IMG/VR virus record: IMGVR_UViG_3300025018_000030
Coordinates: 1-44,843 of that record
Reading direction: 5' to 3' (one strand)
Origin: a virus
Taxonomy: Duplodnaviria > Caudoviricetes
DNA: 44,843 bases
Each line of letters opens with the position of its first letter. Position 1 is the first letter of the stretch. The position numbers and the translations under genes are program-made. The notes under the pieces were generated by a model. The model saw only the letters and a program-made list of their open reading frames with translations, was not told the origin of the DNA and ran no database searches. Shown here piece after piece: positions 8,516-15,941 of the stretch.

Positions 8516-8907
8516 TGAGAATATCCTCTATCTTTAAGTTCTAGTGGATTAGTTAGCTCTACTATCGTGTACTTTCCGGGCTTTCCGTGAGTACTGGTAA
8601 TTAGTAGTCCAAGGATATTATTAGCTAAGTGGTAAGCAAGAGTATCTATAGCAGTGCTCCAACTAGTACCTACGTACCTAGACTTTCCTTGTTCATGGGC
8701 TAAGAATGCTAGGTGTAGTGTCTTAGACTTACCCGGCTTTTCTGTTATGTAGCCTAAGTACCGCTCTCTTACTCCCATGTCAGGAATTGTGAGGAATACT
8801 TTGTAGCGAGTGTTCACTAAGTCTTGGAATTCCGTTGCAGCTTGTGCAGATGGTAGCTGTTTCTGAAATCGTAGCTTTGCAGCAGGGGGTACTTTATTTG
8901 TATTCAC
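8494..8907 (-). CDS. Hypothetical protein
   Basis: 137-aa ORF, GTGA coupling with the upstream gene. Confidence 0.65.
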   Translation of the reverse strand: MNTNKVPPAAKLRFQKQLPSAQAATEFQDLVNTRYKVFLTIPDMGVRERYLGYITEKPGKSKTLHLAFLAHEQGKSRYVGTSWSTAIDTLAYHLANNILGLLITSTHGKPGKYTIVELTNPLELKDRGYSQCLNYKT

Positions 8908-10052
8908 AGTACACCCCTTTCACTATCAGCTTGTACAGCTTCTTGAGTGACTGCTAGTGCTGCTACTTTCGCAGCTTCTTCCTTTGCTAGTCTTTCTGCT
9001 CGTAAGCGTAAGGCTAGCGGGTTAGTAGTATTAGGCGCTACTGCCGGGAGTGTAAGAGTACCCGCACTTAGGGGGTCTTGCGCTAGTGTGCGTATGCGCC
9101 AATTTGCAGGTATTGCAGGGTTTAACTGTGCAGATACTAGGGTTGTGGTACACCCAAACATTGCATTTAAGTCAGTCTTGTACTCTATACATTCTTTTAC
9201 ATGCTGTAGTGTTAGGGAAACATAAGCTCGTATAATTGTATCTTCGGGAGCTACAGATATTTTAACAGTGTTATTAAGGTGCTCCCACAGTCGGTTTATT
9301 ACTGCTTCCGGTATATGCCCGGTATCGCTAGGTTTACTTATAAGTAGTGCTTGGTATTGCTGGTAATAATCCATTGGAAGTAGGTCGTGGATTGCCACCT
9401 TAGTACCCAATTCATTACAAAGTACCTTAAGTACATGCTTCCCTATTGTAGGAGAGTACTTGTGTATATTAGACTTTGATTTAGTTGGCATACTTAGTGC
9501 GCGTTTTAACTCACGCTCATAGAATAGTTCCCTGTCTAGGATTGAATCAGGGTCACGAGTCTCAGTTACCCGAGTACCTGCTTTACCTAGTGCCAGTAGT
9601 TCTGTAAAAGGAGCAATCGTCTTGGAGTAGAAAGCAGGGAGGTCTATAGCTTCTTGATCTGCGCGTACTACAATAGAAGGTAAAGCTTCCAGCTCTTGTA
9701 AGTCTTTCCAGCCTTCTCGATTAAGTACGATACGGGAACACAGAAGTATAATTGCAGGGAGTGCAGAGAGTAGCTTGTACTCAGTAAGCCCGCAAGAGCC
9801 GGGGAGAATTGGATACTCTTGCACTAGTGTTCCTGTCTTATGTGCTAATGCTAGGAATAGAAGGTGCCGCTGTTCTGGCGTCCACTGTTGCGGCTCTTTT
9901 TCAGCAGATAGGATTACCAATTCTCGGAGTGAATAAGAGAACACTGGGTGCCTTGCTAGTGTGCGAGTGCGGAGCTTGGCAGACTTTATTTGAGCAGTAA
10001 AGGTATTAGAAGCGGATATTGTAGTCCCGCTGATTTGGCATAGTGTTTTCAT
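8904..10052 (-). CDS. Hypothetical protein (382 aa), largest unassigned early protein
   Basis: Long ORF with AGGAG RBS; no motif recognised. Confidence 0.8.
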   Translation of the reverse strand: MKTLCQISGTTISASNTFTAQIKSAKLRTRTLARHPVFSYSLRELVILSAEKEPQQWTPEQRHLLFLALAHKTGTLVQEYPILPGSCGLTEYKLLSALPAIILLCSRIVLNREGWKDLQELEALPSIVVRADQEAIDLPAFYSKTIAPFTELLALGKAGTRVTETRDPDSILDRELFYERELKRALSMPTKSKSNIHKYSPTIGKHVLKVLCNELGTKVAIHDLLPMDYYQQYQALLISKPSDTGHIPEAVINRLWEHLNNTVKISVAPEDTIIRAYVSLTLQHVKECIEYKTDLNAMFGCTTTLVSAQLNPAIPANWRIRTLAQDPLSAGTLTLPAVAPNTTNPLALRLRAERLAKEEAAKVAALAVTQEAVQADSERGVL

Positions 10053-10077
10053 AAAGGTATAGCTCCTATTAGTTGGA

Positions 10078-10665
10078 TTAGAGTCCTAATGATTGTAGAT
10101 ATCGTACTATCGCCTGCATATCGCACTTGAACTGTTTTGGATTGGTGTGGTAGTCAGCCACTTCTACTTTAAAAATGGCTGTCCGGGGGCAGCATGACTG
10201 ATAGAAATAGCTAACATAGTCTACTATATACCCAAGTCTCACTAGGTTGATACCGTGTTCAAACATCATAATAGTCTCATGTGGTTGCCCAGTAATACTA
10301 ATGAATCTGTATATATCATTTTCAGAATCGGAGTTATTACTGCCACCAGCCTTGCGTATGGCTTCCAGTAGTCCCGGCTCATTGTACCGCTTAATTGCTG
10401 CTGCTCCTGCCATACATGCAATGCAAGTGTGTTTCTGCATTCCGGTCAAATCATCAATGCGGGTTTCTATACTGTGAAACGTGTTCATATCCACCTTACA
10501 TTGTGGCTGTTTCTCAAACCAATTCAGTGCTTTCAGTGCGAATATAAGGCGATCACTTGGTAGTTCCAAGTCCAAATTCTTGTATGCGGTACTCATACCA
10601 TTGGAGCTTGCTGGCGCCTTCACTTTTGGTATACTTGGATTTGGTATCATGGAAGTTCTAGTCAT
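10078..10665 (-). CDS. Hypothetical protein (Cys-containing, CIACMAG)
   Basis: ORF 10078..10686; ATG 10665 preferred because it follows AGGAG. Confidence 0.7.
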   Translation of the reverse strand: MTRTSMIPNPSIPKVKAPASSNGMSTAYKNLDLELPSDRLIFALKALNWFEKQPQCKVDMNTFHSIETRIDDLTGMQKHTCIACMAGAAAIKRYNEPGLLEAIRKAGGSNNSDSENDIYRFISITGQPHETIMMFEHGINLVRLGYIVDYVSYFYQSCCPRTAIFKVEVADYHTNPKQFKCDMQAIVRYLQSLGL

Positions 10666-10719
10666 TGTGCTATCTCCTGCTGCCATTGCAGCTATCTGGT
10701 GTGGTATTGTGAGTACTGT

Positions 10720-11169
10720 TTAGATTCCTGCTTTCTGAATCAATGAATATACGTTCGGTGTGAGAGTACAAAGATCTACTATTGGGCCAAAATATCGGTT
10801 TACTCGCACCTGCTCGCGTTCTGGGAGTATGATACCTGAAGCAACAAGGGACTGGTATATACCCTCATTCTCCGAGTATGATTTAATGTACAGTTGATCT
10901 GGGTTGAGAATAAGGGATTCATTCGGCGCTGTAATTCTAGCAGCATCCTGTAGACACACACTTGCCTTTGCATAAGACTCTCCTTCTGGGGTGTACAGTG
11001 TGAGTGCCAGACTACCATCTGCCCTGTATCTTGAGAACTCACAAGAAACCCATTCCCCGTTATGCGCTACTCTCAATTTTTCTACCTCTCTAGCTACCTT
11101 ATTCACTACTACTGCCATTTCTATTAGATTGCGGCTGCTAGTACTACCATTATTTGTTGGTACTGTCAT
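10720..11169 (-). CDS. DUF4313-like protein
   Basis: Pattern Y..DGSLALTL..EGESYAKASVCL..YIKSYSENEGI..LV..GII resembles DUF4313 by recall; AGGAG RBS. Confidence 0.6.
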   Translation of the reverse strand: MTVPTNNGSTSSRNLIEMAVVVNKVAREVEKLRVAHNGEWVSCEFSRYRADGSLALTLYTPEGESYAKASVCLQDAARITAPNESLILNPDQLYIKSYSENEGIYQSLVASGIILPEREQVRVNRYFGPIVDLCTLTPNVYSLIQKAGI

Positions 11170-11236
11170 TACTTGGTGCTCCTATACTATTGGACTATTG
11201 GACTGCGGTACTTGCAGCTTGCGGCTGCGCCCTCAG

Positions 11237-11253
11237 ATGAGAATGATTCTTAT
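11237..11253. promoter_or_regulatory. Fur-box-like palindromic operator
   Basis: ATGAGAAT-G-ATTCTTAT (8-1-8, one mismatch), close to the 7-1-7 Fur consensus TGATAAT-n-ATTATCA. Confidence 0.55.
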
Positions 11254-11289
11254 TTACAATTACTTGCGGAATAGCGGAACTACATTGGA

Positions 11290-11318
11290 ATTATCCTTTA
11301 TATGCAGGTGGAGGTCAA
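11290..11318 (-). promoter_or_regulatory. sigma70-like promoter driving the DUF4313-helicase operon
   Basis: Minus strand TTGACC-17 bp-GATAAT. Confidence 0.7.
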
Positions 11319-11329
11319 TCAATTATTTG

Positions 11330-11679
11330 ATCCCTCCGCACGTAGTACGGCGCAGCATGCAGCATGCACGTATAACATGACCCCTTCTTTTTGCTACTCC
11401 ATTGCTTTTTCCCTATTTTCTGGTACTCCTACTACCTTACCTACTTCCCTATTCCTGTACTAGCTTGCTTATATCTTAGGGTGTTTTTTAGGTGCCTTTA
11501 AAATAAAAATACTACAATTTTCTGGAAGTAGGGGGAGGGGTATATAATAGAATAGGTATGGTAGTACCAGTACAGGAGGATATGTAAGAAAGGTAGGAGT
11601 ACTAGGAAAACAGAAAAACACACAGAAACACAAAATTAGGGGGGTATGCTATACGTGCGTGCTACGCGTGCGAAGGGAT
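11330..11679. repeat. Long imperfect inverted repeat around an AT-rich core; candidate replication origin
   Basis: Four nested complementary blocks: 11330-11342/11667-11679, 11366-11374/11650-11658, 11423-11432/11593-11602, 11453-11461/11569-11577. Confidence 0.8.
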
Positions 11680-11705
11680 TGAGCAGAATAGGAGATAGTA
11701 CCAGA

Positions 11706-11737
11706 CGCAATTACTAAATCGCAATTACTAAATCGCA
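11706..11737. repeat. Tandem repeat of CGCAATTACTAAAT (2.3 copies)
   Basis: Exact 14-bp unit at 11706 and 11720 plus CGCA. Confidence 0.85.
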
Positions 11738-11740
11738 GGT

Positions 11741-11777
11741 AAAAGAAAACTCCCGTTGATGCTATCGCAGGGAGTTT
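11741..11777 (-). terminator. Rho-independent terminator after ORF 11810..12640
   Basis: AAACTCCC...GGGAGTTT stem followed on the minus strand by TCTTTT. Confidence 0.7.
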
Positions 11778-11809
11778 ACTGTGGAGCTTATTACTGTACT
11801 AGCAAGAGC

Positions 11810-12640
11810 TTAGAACATGCTTTCAATGTCCGGTACTTCCACAGGCTTCTGTGCATCCTCAGCTTTCTGGAGTAAGTATTCCATTACCGCAGCATAGCCA
11901 TTTTGCTGTGCTTCATCCAAGCCCTCAGAGAAGAACAAAGACAAGCCAGCAAGCACCTTATCCATCACAGGTAAGTAAGCCATAGTACTCATACGCCCGA
12001 ATCGACCTGTAATCATCTTACTAGTAGCAGTGATACCAGTTTCAGGGCGGCCAAGTGCGGTCATGTACGCAGTAAACTTAGCGGCAAAGTCTTTAAGCAT
12101 TTCGCTAGAGATACCGGAGCCTGAATCAGAAGCAGAAGTAGTAAGGCGAGTATACTCTGCACCGCATACAAGTGCCCAACTGCAATTCTCTTCAGTAGGG
12201 GTATGTCCTTGATCTACTAGCTTACGAGCAGCAGCTACCATAAAATCAGTAAGAGTAGCTTGGAGAACTACAAAAGCTTTCTTGTTTTCCTCTGTGTTAG
12301 CTAGTCCGAAGAGTTCAGGAGTAGGAACTAAGAGTGTGTGAGTTTCGGGAGTACGTTGGAATACCTGTACACCTTCCACTACTTCACTAGAAACTGTAAT
12401 TTCATGGTCTGCTCCAATTGGATTACCTTGGGTATCTACACTAGCAGCCGCAGGAAGTTTAGCAGAACGATTCTCTGGAGTATCCTTGAACTTTCGGAAG
12501 TGGAACACCTTATTTACCGCAGTAAAGCCAGCGGGAGCAGCAGGTGCAGCAGGTGCAGCAGCATTGCCATCTTCGCTGCCTTCTGCCGAAATAGCAGCGG
12601 CCATTAGTGGGAACAGTGCGGAGCGGTTAAATGTATTCAT
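11810..12640 (-). CDS. Hypothetical early protein (276 aa) with scaffold-like leader and DIESMF tail
   Basis: Long ORF, AGAGG RBS, own terminator. Confidence 0.85.
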   Translation of the reverse strand: MNTFNRSALFPLMAAAISAEGSEDGNAAAPAAPAAPAGFTAVNKVFHFRKFKDTPENRSAKLPAAASVDTQGNPIGADHEITVSSEVVEGVQVFQRTPETHTLLVPTPELFGLANTEENKKAFVVLQATLTDFMVAAARKLVDQGHTPTEENCSWALVCGAEYTRLTTSASDSGSGISSEMLKDFAAKFTAYMTALGRPETGITATSKMITGRFGRMSTMAYLPVMDKVLAGLSLFFSEGLDEAQQNGYAAVMEYLLQKAEDAQKPVEVPDIESMF

Positions 12641-12663
12641 GGTATAGCCTCTTAAGTTATCTA

Positions 12664-12771
12664 GTTAAAACATGATGGGCAATTGCCCGTTGGGTTTAAC
12701 CCTGCTAGGGGTTGGTACTTCTTAAACACAGTGCAAGTATAGGACAGTTTGGTTTCCTATACAAGCACTGT
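12664..12771. promoter_or_regulatory. Two long intergenic stem-loops, possible RNase III processing or stability elements
   Basis: GTTAAA..GGGCAATTGCCC..TTTAAC (12664-12700) and ACAGTGC-AA-GTATAGGA..TCCTATAC-AA-GCACTGT (12728-12771). Confidence 0.5.
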
Positions 12772-12795
12772 TTTCTTGCAACTTACTTGGTACTT

Positions 12796-13065
12796 CTATA
12801 CCAGCTTGAGTGGTATCCCGGCTGCTTCTGCTTGTGCTTCTGTGATGCAAGCATTCGAATTAACTCGTATCATATTTCGAAGTTCTGTCTGCATTTCCGC
12901 TATCCGAGCGCGTTGGGCTTCTGACTCCCCAAGTCTGGATAATTGGTCTACTGTATCCTGCCAGCAATGGCGGTAGTAGGTATCCGTGATTAGAGTCTTG
13001 CCGAAGAATCCGCCATACTGCACTACAGGGCGAGTTACTGTTGTTGTGATCTGTACTGTTGTCAT
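12796..13065 (-). CDS. Hypothetical protein, first gene of the early arm
   Basis: 89-aa ORF with AGGAG RBS, downstream of the promoter at 13120-13148. Confidence 0.7.
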   Translation of the reverse strand: MTTVQITTTVTRPVVQYGGFFGKTLITDTYYRHCWQDTVDQLSRLGESEAQRARIAEMQTELRNMIRVNSNACITEAQAEAAGIPLKLV

Positions 13066-13119
13066 GCTCTATACTCCTGGCTAGTTGGTTAGGCACCCTG
13101 GACTGCTGATGCGACTTCT

Positions 13120-13148
13120 AGTCTCTATAGCTGGCACCACCAAGTCAA
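13120..13148 (-). promoter_or_regulatory. sigma70-like early promoter
   Basis: Minus strand TTGACT-17 bp-GAGACT; the -10 match is weak. Confidence 0.5.
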
Positions 13149-13297
13149 TACCCTGCACTACAAATAGTAGGAATTTAGGAGGTATTTAATCCAAATTAGA
13201 CTCCCAACCCCCGGAAGCCTTTTTGATCTCAGAGTTGGCGCCAATCCTAATCCCTCAAAAGAAAATTTCTAAACTTTTCTACAAGGTAGTTCCATAT

Positions 13298-13315
13298 TAA
13301 GGTATACTAACCTTA
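13298..13315 (+). promoter_or_regulatory. Putative late promoter -10 (TATACT) inside a short inverted repeat; no consensus -35
   Basis: TAAGGT-ATACTA-ACCTTA upstream of terS. Confidence 0.4.
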
Positions 13316-13346
13316 TGTAAAAATTTGTAGTACCTCAAGCACCAAC

Positions 13347-13383
13347 ATAGCAATCATTTATATAGCAATCACTTATATAGCAA
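13347..13383. repeat. Tandem repeat ATAGCAATCA(T/C)TTAT (2.5 copies) just before the terS RBS
   Basis: 15-bp unit at 13347 and 13362, partial at 13377. Confidence 0.8.
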
Positions 13384-13399
13384 AAGAGGAGGCAAGCAA

Positions 13400-14116
13400 G
13401 TGCAAACAGATTCACAAACAAGTTCACAAGTAGGATTAAGCGCAGTTGCTGCTGCTCGTATTGCGCGGCTTAAAGAGCATAAAGTCTCACAAGCACAAGC
13501 ACAGGTTGCGGAAGCAGAAGCGGGAGCAGCACCGACGGAAAACACAAGCTCCCTTTCTTATGAAAATCCATACGGGCAAGGTACTAATAAAGGTATGGCA
13601 TTTGAGCTACTCGGAAAAGGACTCTCACAAGTAGAAGTAGCTCGAACTATGTGCGTGAGTACTGGGCTTATTAGCCAATACATGGCAGAGGAAGAATTTA
13701 AAGCAGGAGTACAAGCAAATCTAAATATCCGTAGTCTCGCAAAGACTCTAAGAGACGATAAAATTGATTCTCTGGAGGATAAGGCACTAGCAAAGTTGGG
13801 AGATGTAATTGATTGGGTAGTTAAACCAATGGAGATACTACAGATTGCGCGTACTTTGAATGGCATGGTTCGGCGTGGTATGGGGCAAGCAAGCACTGGA
13901 GTAGGAGAGGAAAACGCTACTGTGATTCTGGAACTCCCTAAGTTTGCCTCAGGTAACATCCAAGTTAATCTCCAGTACAATACAAACAATGAAGTAGTAG
14001 AAGTAGATGGTAGGGAACTCCGTACTATGCCAGCAAGCCAGTTAATGGCAGAAGCTGAGGGTAGGAGACTAATTTCAAGGCAGGAACTGGCTCAAATACA
14101 GGAGGGCACAGTATGA
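13400..14116 (+). CDS. terS: Terminase small subunit (putative), HTH-containing
   Basis: First late gene, upstream of TerL; HTH-like GLSQVEVARTMCVSTGLISQY; GAGGAGG RBS with GTG start. Confidence 0.65.
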   Translation: MQTDSQTSSQVGLSAVAAARIARLKEHKVSQAQAQVAEAEAGAAPTENTSSLSYENPYGQGTNKGMAFELLGKGLSQVEVARTMCVSTGLISQYMAEEEFKAGVQANLNIRSLAKTLRDDKIDSLEDKALAKLGDVIDWVVKPMEILQIARTLNGMVRRGMGQASTGVGEENATVILELPKFASGNIQVNLQYNTNNEVVEVDGRELRTMPASQLMAEAEGRRLISRQELAQIQEGTV

Positions 14117-14343
14117 ACAAAGTTCAAAGTAAGCAAAGCGTTCAAAGCGTTCAAAGCATGACAATGAATGCAATACAAAGAGCATCGCTAATCAGCAACT
14201 TCAAAGTACACTCTGCTGCCGCTCGCCAGTCTCAGGCAGGGAAAGCTCAAGTACTACTGACACTTAGTGGAACTCTAGCTGCGCGAGTACAGGCAGTACG
14301 AGCTTCTGGTGGTGCTAGATTCCTCGTGGGAGTTGCACACTAG
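14113..14343 (+). CDS. Small basic hypothetical protein between terS and terL
   Basis: 76-aa ORF coupled at both ends (ATGA, TAGTG). Confidence 0.6.
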   Translation: MNKVQSKQSVQSVQSMTMNAIQRASLISNFKVHSAAARQSQAGKAQVLLTLSGTLAARVQAVRASGGARFLVGVAH

Positions 14344-15896
14344 TGGAAGCAGTAACTCAGTCTCCACTGATTGATCCTACTGAGGATACTACTACAGTTG
14401 GTAGATACTCAACAGAACAGGTACGGGAGCGAGCAAGGTTAGATATGAATTACCTTGCAGCTCTCGCACTTCCTGATGTGTGTGAATTCCCCTTCCCTAA
14501 AGTATTCGTAGGTATGTGGGCACTGGTAGTTAGTGCACTAGGGAAAACTAGAGACTTCTCAAAATTTGCACTAGGGCTACCTCGGGGCCACGGTAAGACT
14601 ACAGTAATTAAACTCCTAGTGCTCTATACAATCCTATTTACAAAAAGAAGATTTATTCTAATAATCGGGAGTTCCGAGGATAGAGCACAAAACATACTAG
14701 CGGACGTGTGTGATATGCTAGACTCTCCGAACATACAGAATGTATTTGGGAATTGGAGAGCTAGTTCCGATAAAGACTCAGCAGAGCAGAAAAGATTCTT
14801 ATTCTGTGGCAGGAGTATCATACTTGCAGCATTAGGTTCTGGTTCCAGTGTACGTGGTTTGAATATAAAGAATGCTAGACCGGATTTTATAATCACAGAT
14901 GACATGCAAACTCAAAAGGAATCAGAGTCTGAGAGTTCTGCTAAGAAGTTACTACAGTGGTTTGTTGGTACTCTGATGAAATCTAAGAATCCTAAGAACT
15001 GTACCTTCCTTTATGTAGGGAACATGTATAGGGATATTCGGATTCAGAATACCTCTAAGGAAATCTATACTTGTATTCTGCGAAATCTACAAAAGAATCC
15101 TAGTTGGATTAGTTGGATAGTAGGTGGTATCCTTGCAGACGGTGGAGCCTTATGGGAAGAAGTACAACCACTAGACCAATTACTCTCAGAGTTCGAAAAC
15201 GACTCTAGTATGGGACAAGCAGATATATTCTTCGCAGAAGTGCAGAATGATCCAGAGTGTGGCGGAGGTAACAACTTTGACCTATCTAAAGTCCCAGAGT
15301 TTAATATTGACGTAGCACTAGAATCTCCTGTAGGCAAATTTCTGATAATTGATCCATCCTTGGGGCAGAAGAAGTCAGATGCACAAGTAGTTGGAGAGTA
15401 TTGGGTATACAGCGGCGGCTTACCGGTGCTACAGGAAATCCACATTAAGCAGGTTACTGCTCCAATGTTAGTTAAGTGGTGTGTGGACTACGCAGTAGTA
15501 AAAGGCATACCTCTAATCTGTTCAGAAATTGGAGCTTACCAAGGTACGCTACTGCAATGGTTTGAGAAAGAGGCACAAGACCGACAACTCCAAGGTGTGT
15601 TCTTCCGACCAGTATCTCCAAAAGGACGCACTAAGCCTTCCCGAATTATAAATATGTTTAAAGCACTGATGGCTGGTACTACTATAGTCCACCCTTCTTG
15701 CTTCTCTCGTGTATACTCTCAGATTCAAGTCTACGACCCACTCAAAAGCAACAACACGGATGATATTATAGATAACATAGCCTATGCAGAAGAAACAGTT
15801 GGGCTGTATGCTATGGAAATGGTACTTCCAGACGTACTATCATTAGAACCAGATCAGTGGGAAGAAGAACTAGAAGTAGAGAATATACCCTTTTAA
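14343..15896 (+). CDS. terL: Terminase large subunit
   Basis: Walker A PRGHGKTT, Walker B FIITDD, YVGN coupling motif, RNase H-like nuclease IIDPS..D..DDIID. Confidence 0.93.
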   Translation: MEAVTQSPLIDPTEDTTTVGRYSTEQVRERARLDMNYLAALALPDVCEFPFPKVFVGMWALVVSALGKTRDFSKFALGLPRGHGKTTVIKLLVLYTILFTKRRFILIIGSSEDRAQNILADVCDMLDSPNIQNVFGNWRASSDKDSAEQKRFLFCGRSIILAALGSGSSVRGLNIKNARPDFIITDDMQTQKESESESSAKKLLQWFVGTLMKSKNPKNCTFLYVGNMYRDIRIQNTSKEIYTCILRNLQKNPSWISWIVGGILADGGALWEEVQPLDQLLSEFENDSSMGQADIFFAEVQNDPECGGGNNFDLSKVPEFNIDVALESPVGKFLIIDPSLGQKKSDAQVVGEYWVYSGGLPVLQEIHIKQVTAPMLVKWCVDYAVVKGIPLICSEIGAYQGTLLQWFEKEAQDRQLQGVFFRPVSPKGRTKPSRIINMFKALMAGTTIVHPSCFSRVYSQIQVYDPLKSNNTDDIIDNIAYAEETVGLYAMEMVLPDVLSLEPDQWEEELEVENIPF

Positions 15897-15941
15897 ATCT
15901 ATTTTAAGTTTCCAGTTTACTAAATACTCGGAGTTACTTCA

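Noticed and set aside
7878-8537. 219-aa plus-strand ORF and similar antisense ORFs (for example 4103..4465, 13558..13989, 27574..28128, 29696..30076, 34863..35210)
   Set aside because: They lie antisense to well-supported genes, show shadow-ORF composition and carry no recognisable motifs.
10991-11380. 129-aa plus-strand ORF across the promoter and Fur-like box
   Set aside because: It opposes the local transcription direction and overlaps both a gene and regulatory signals.
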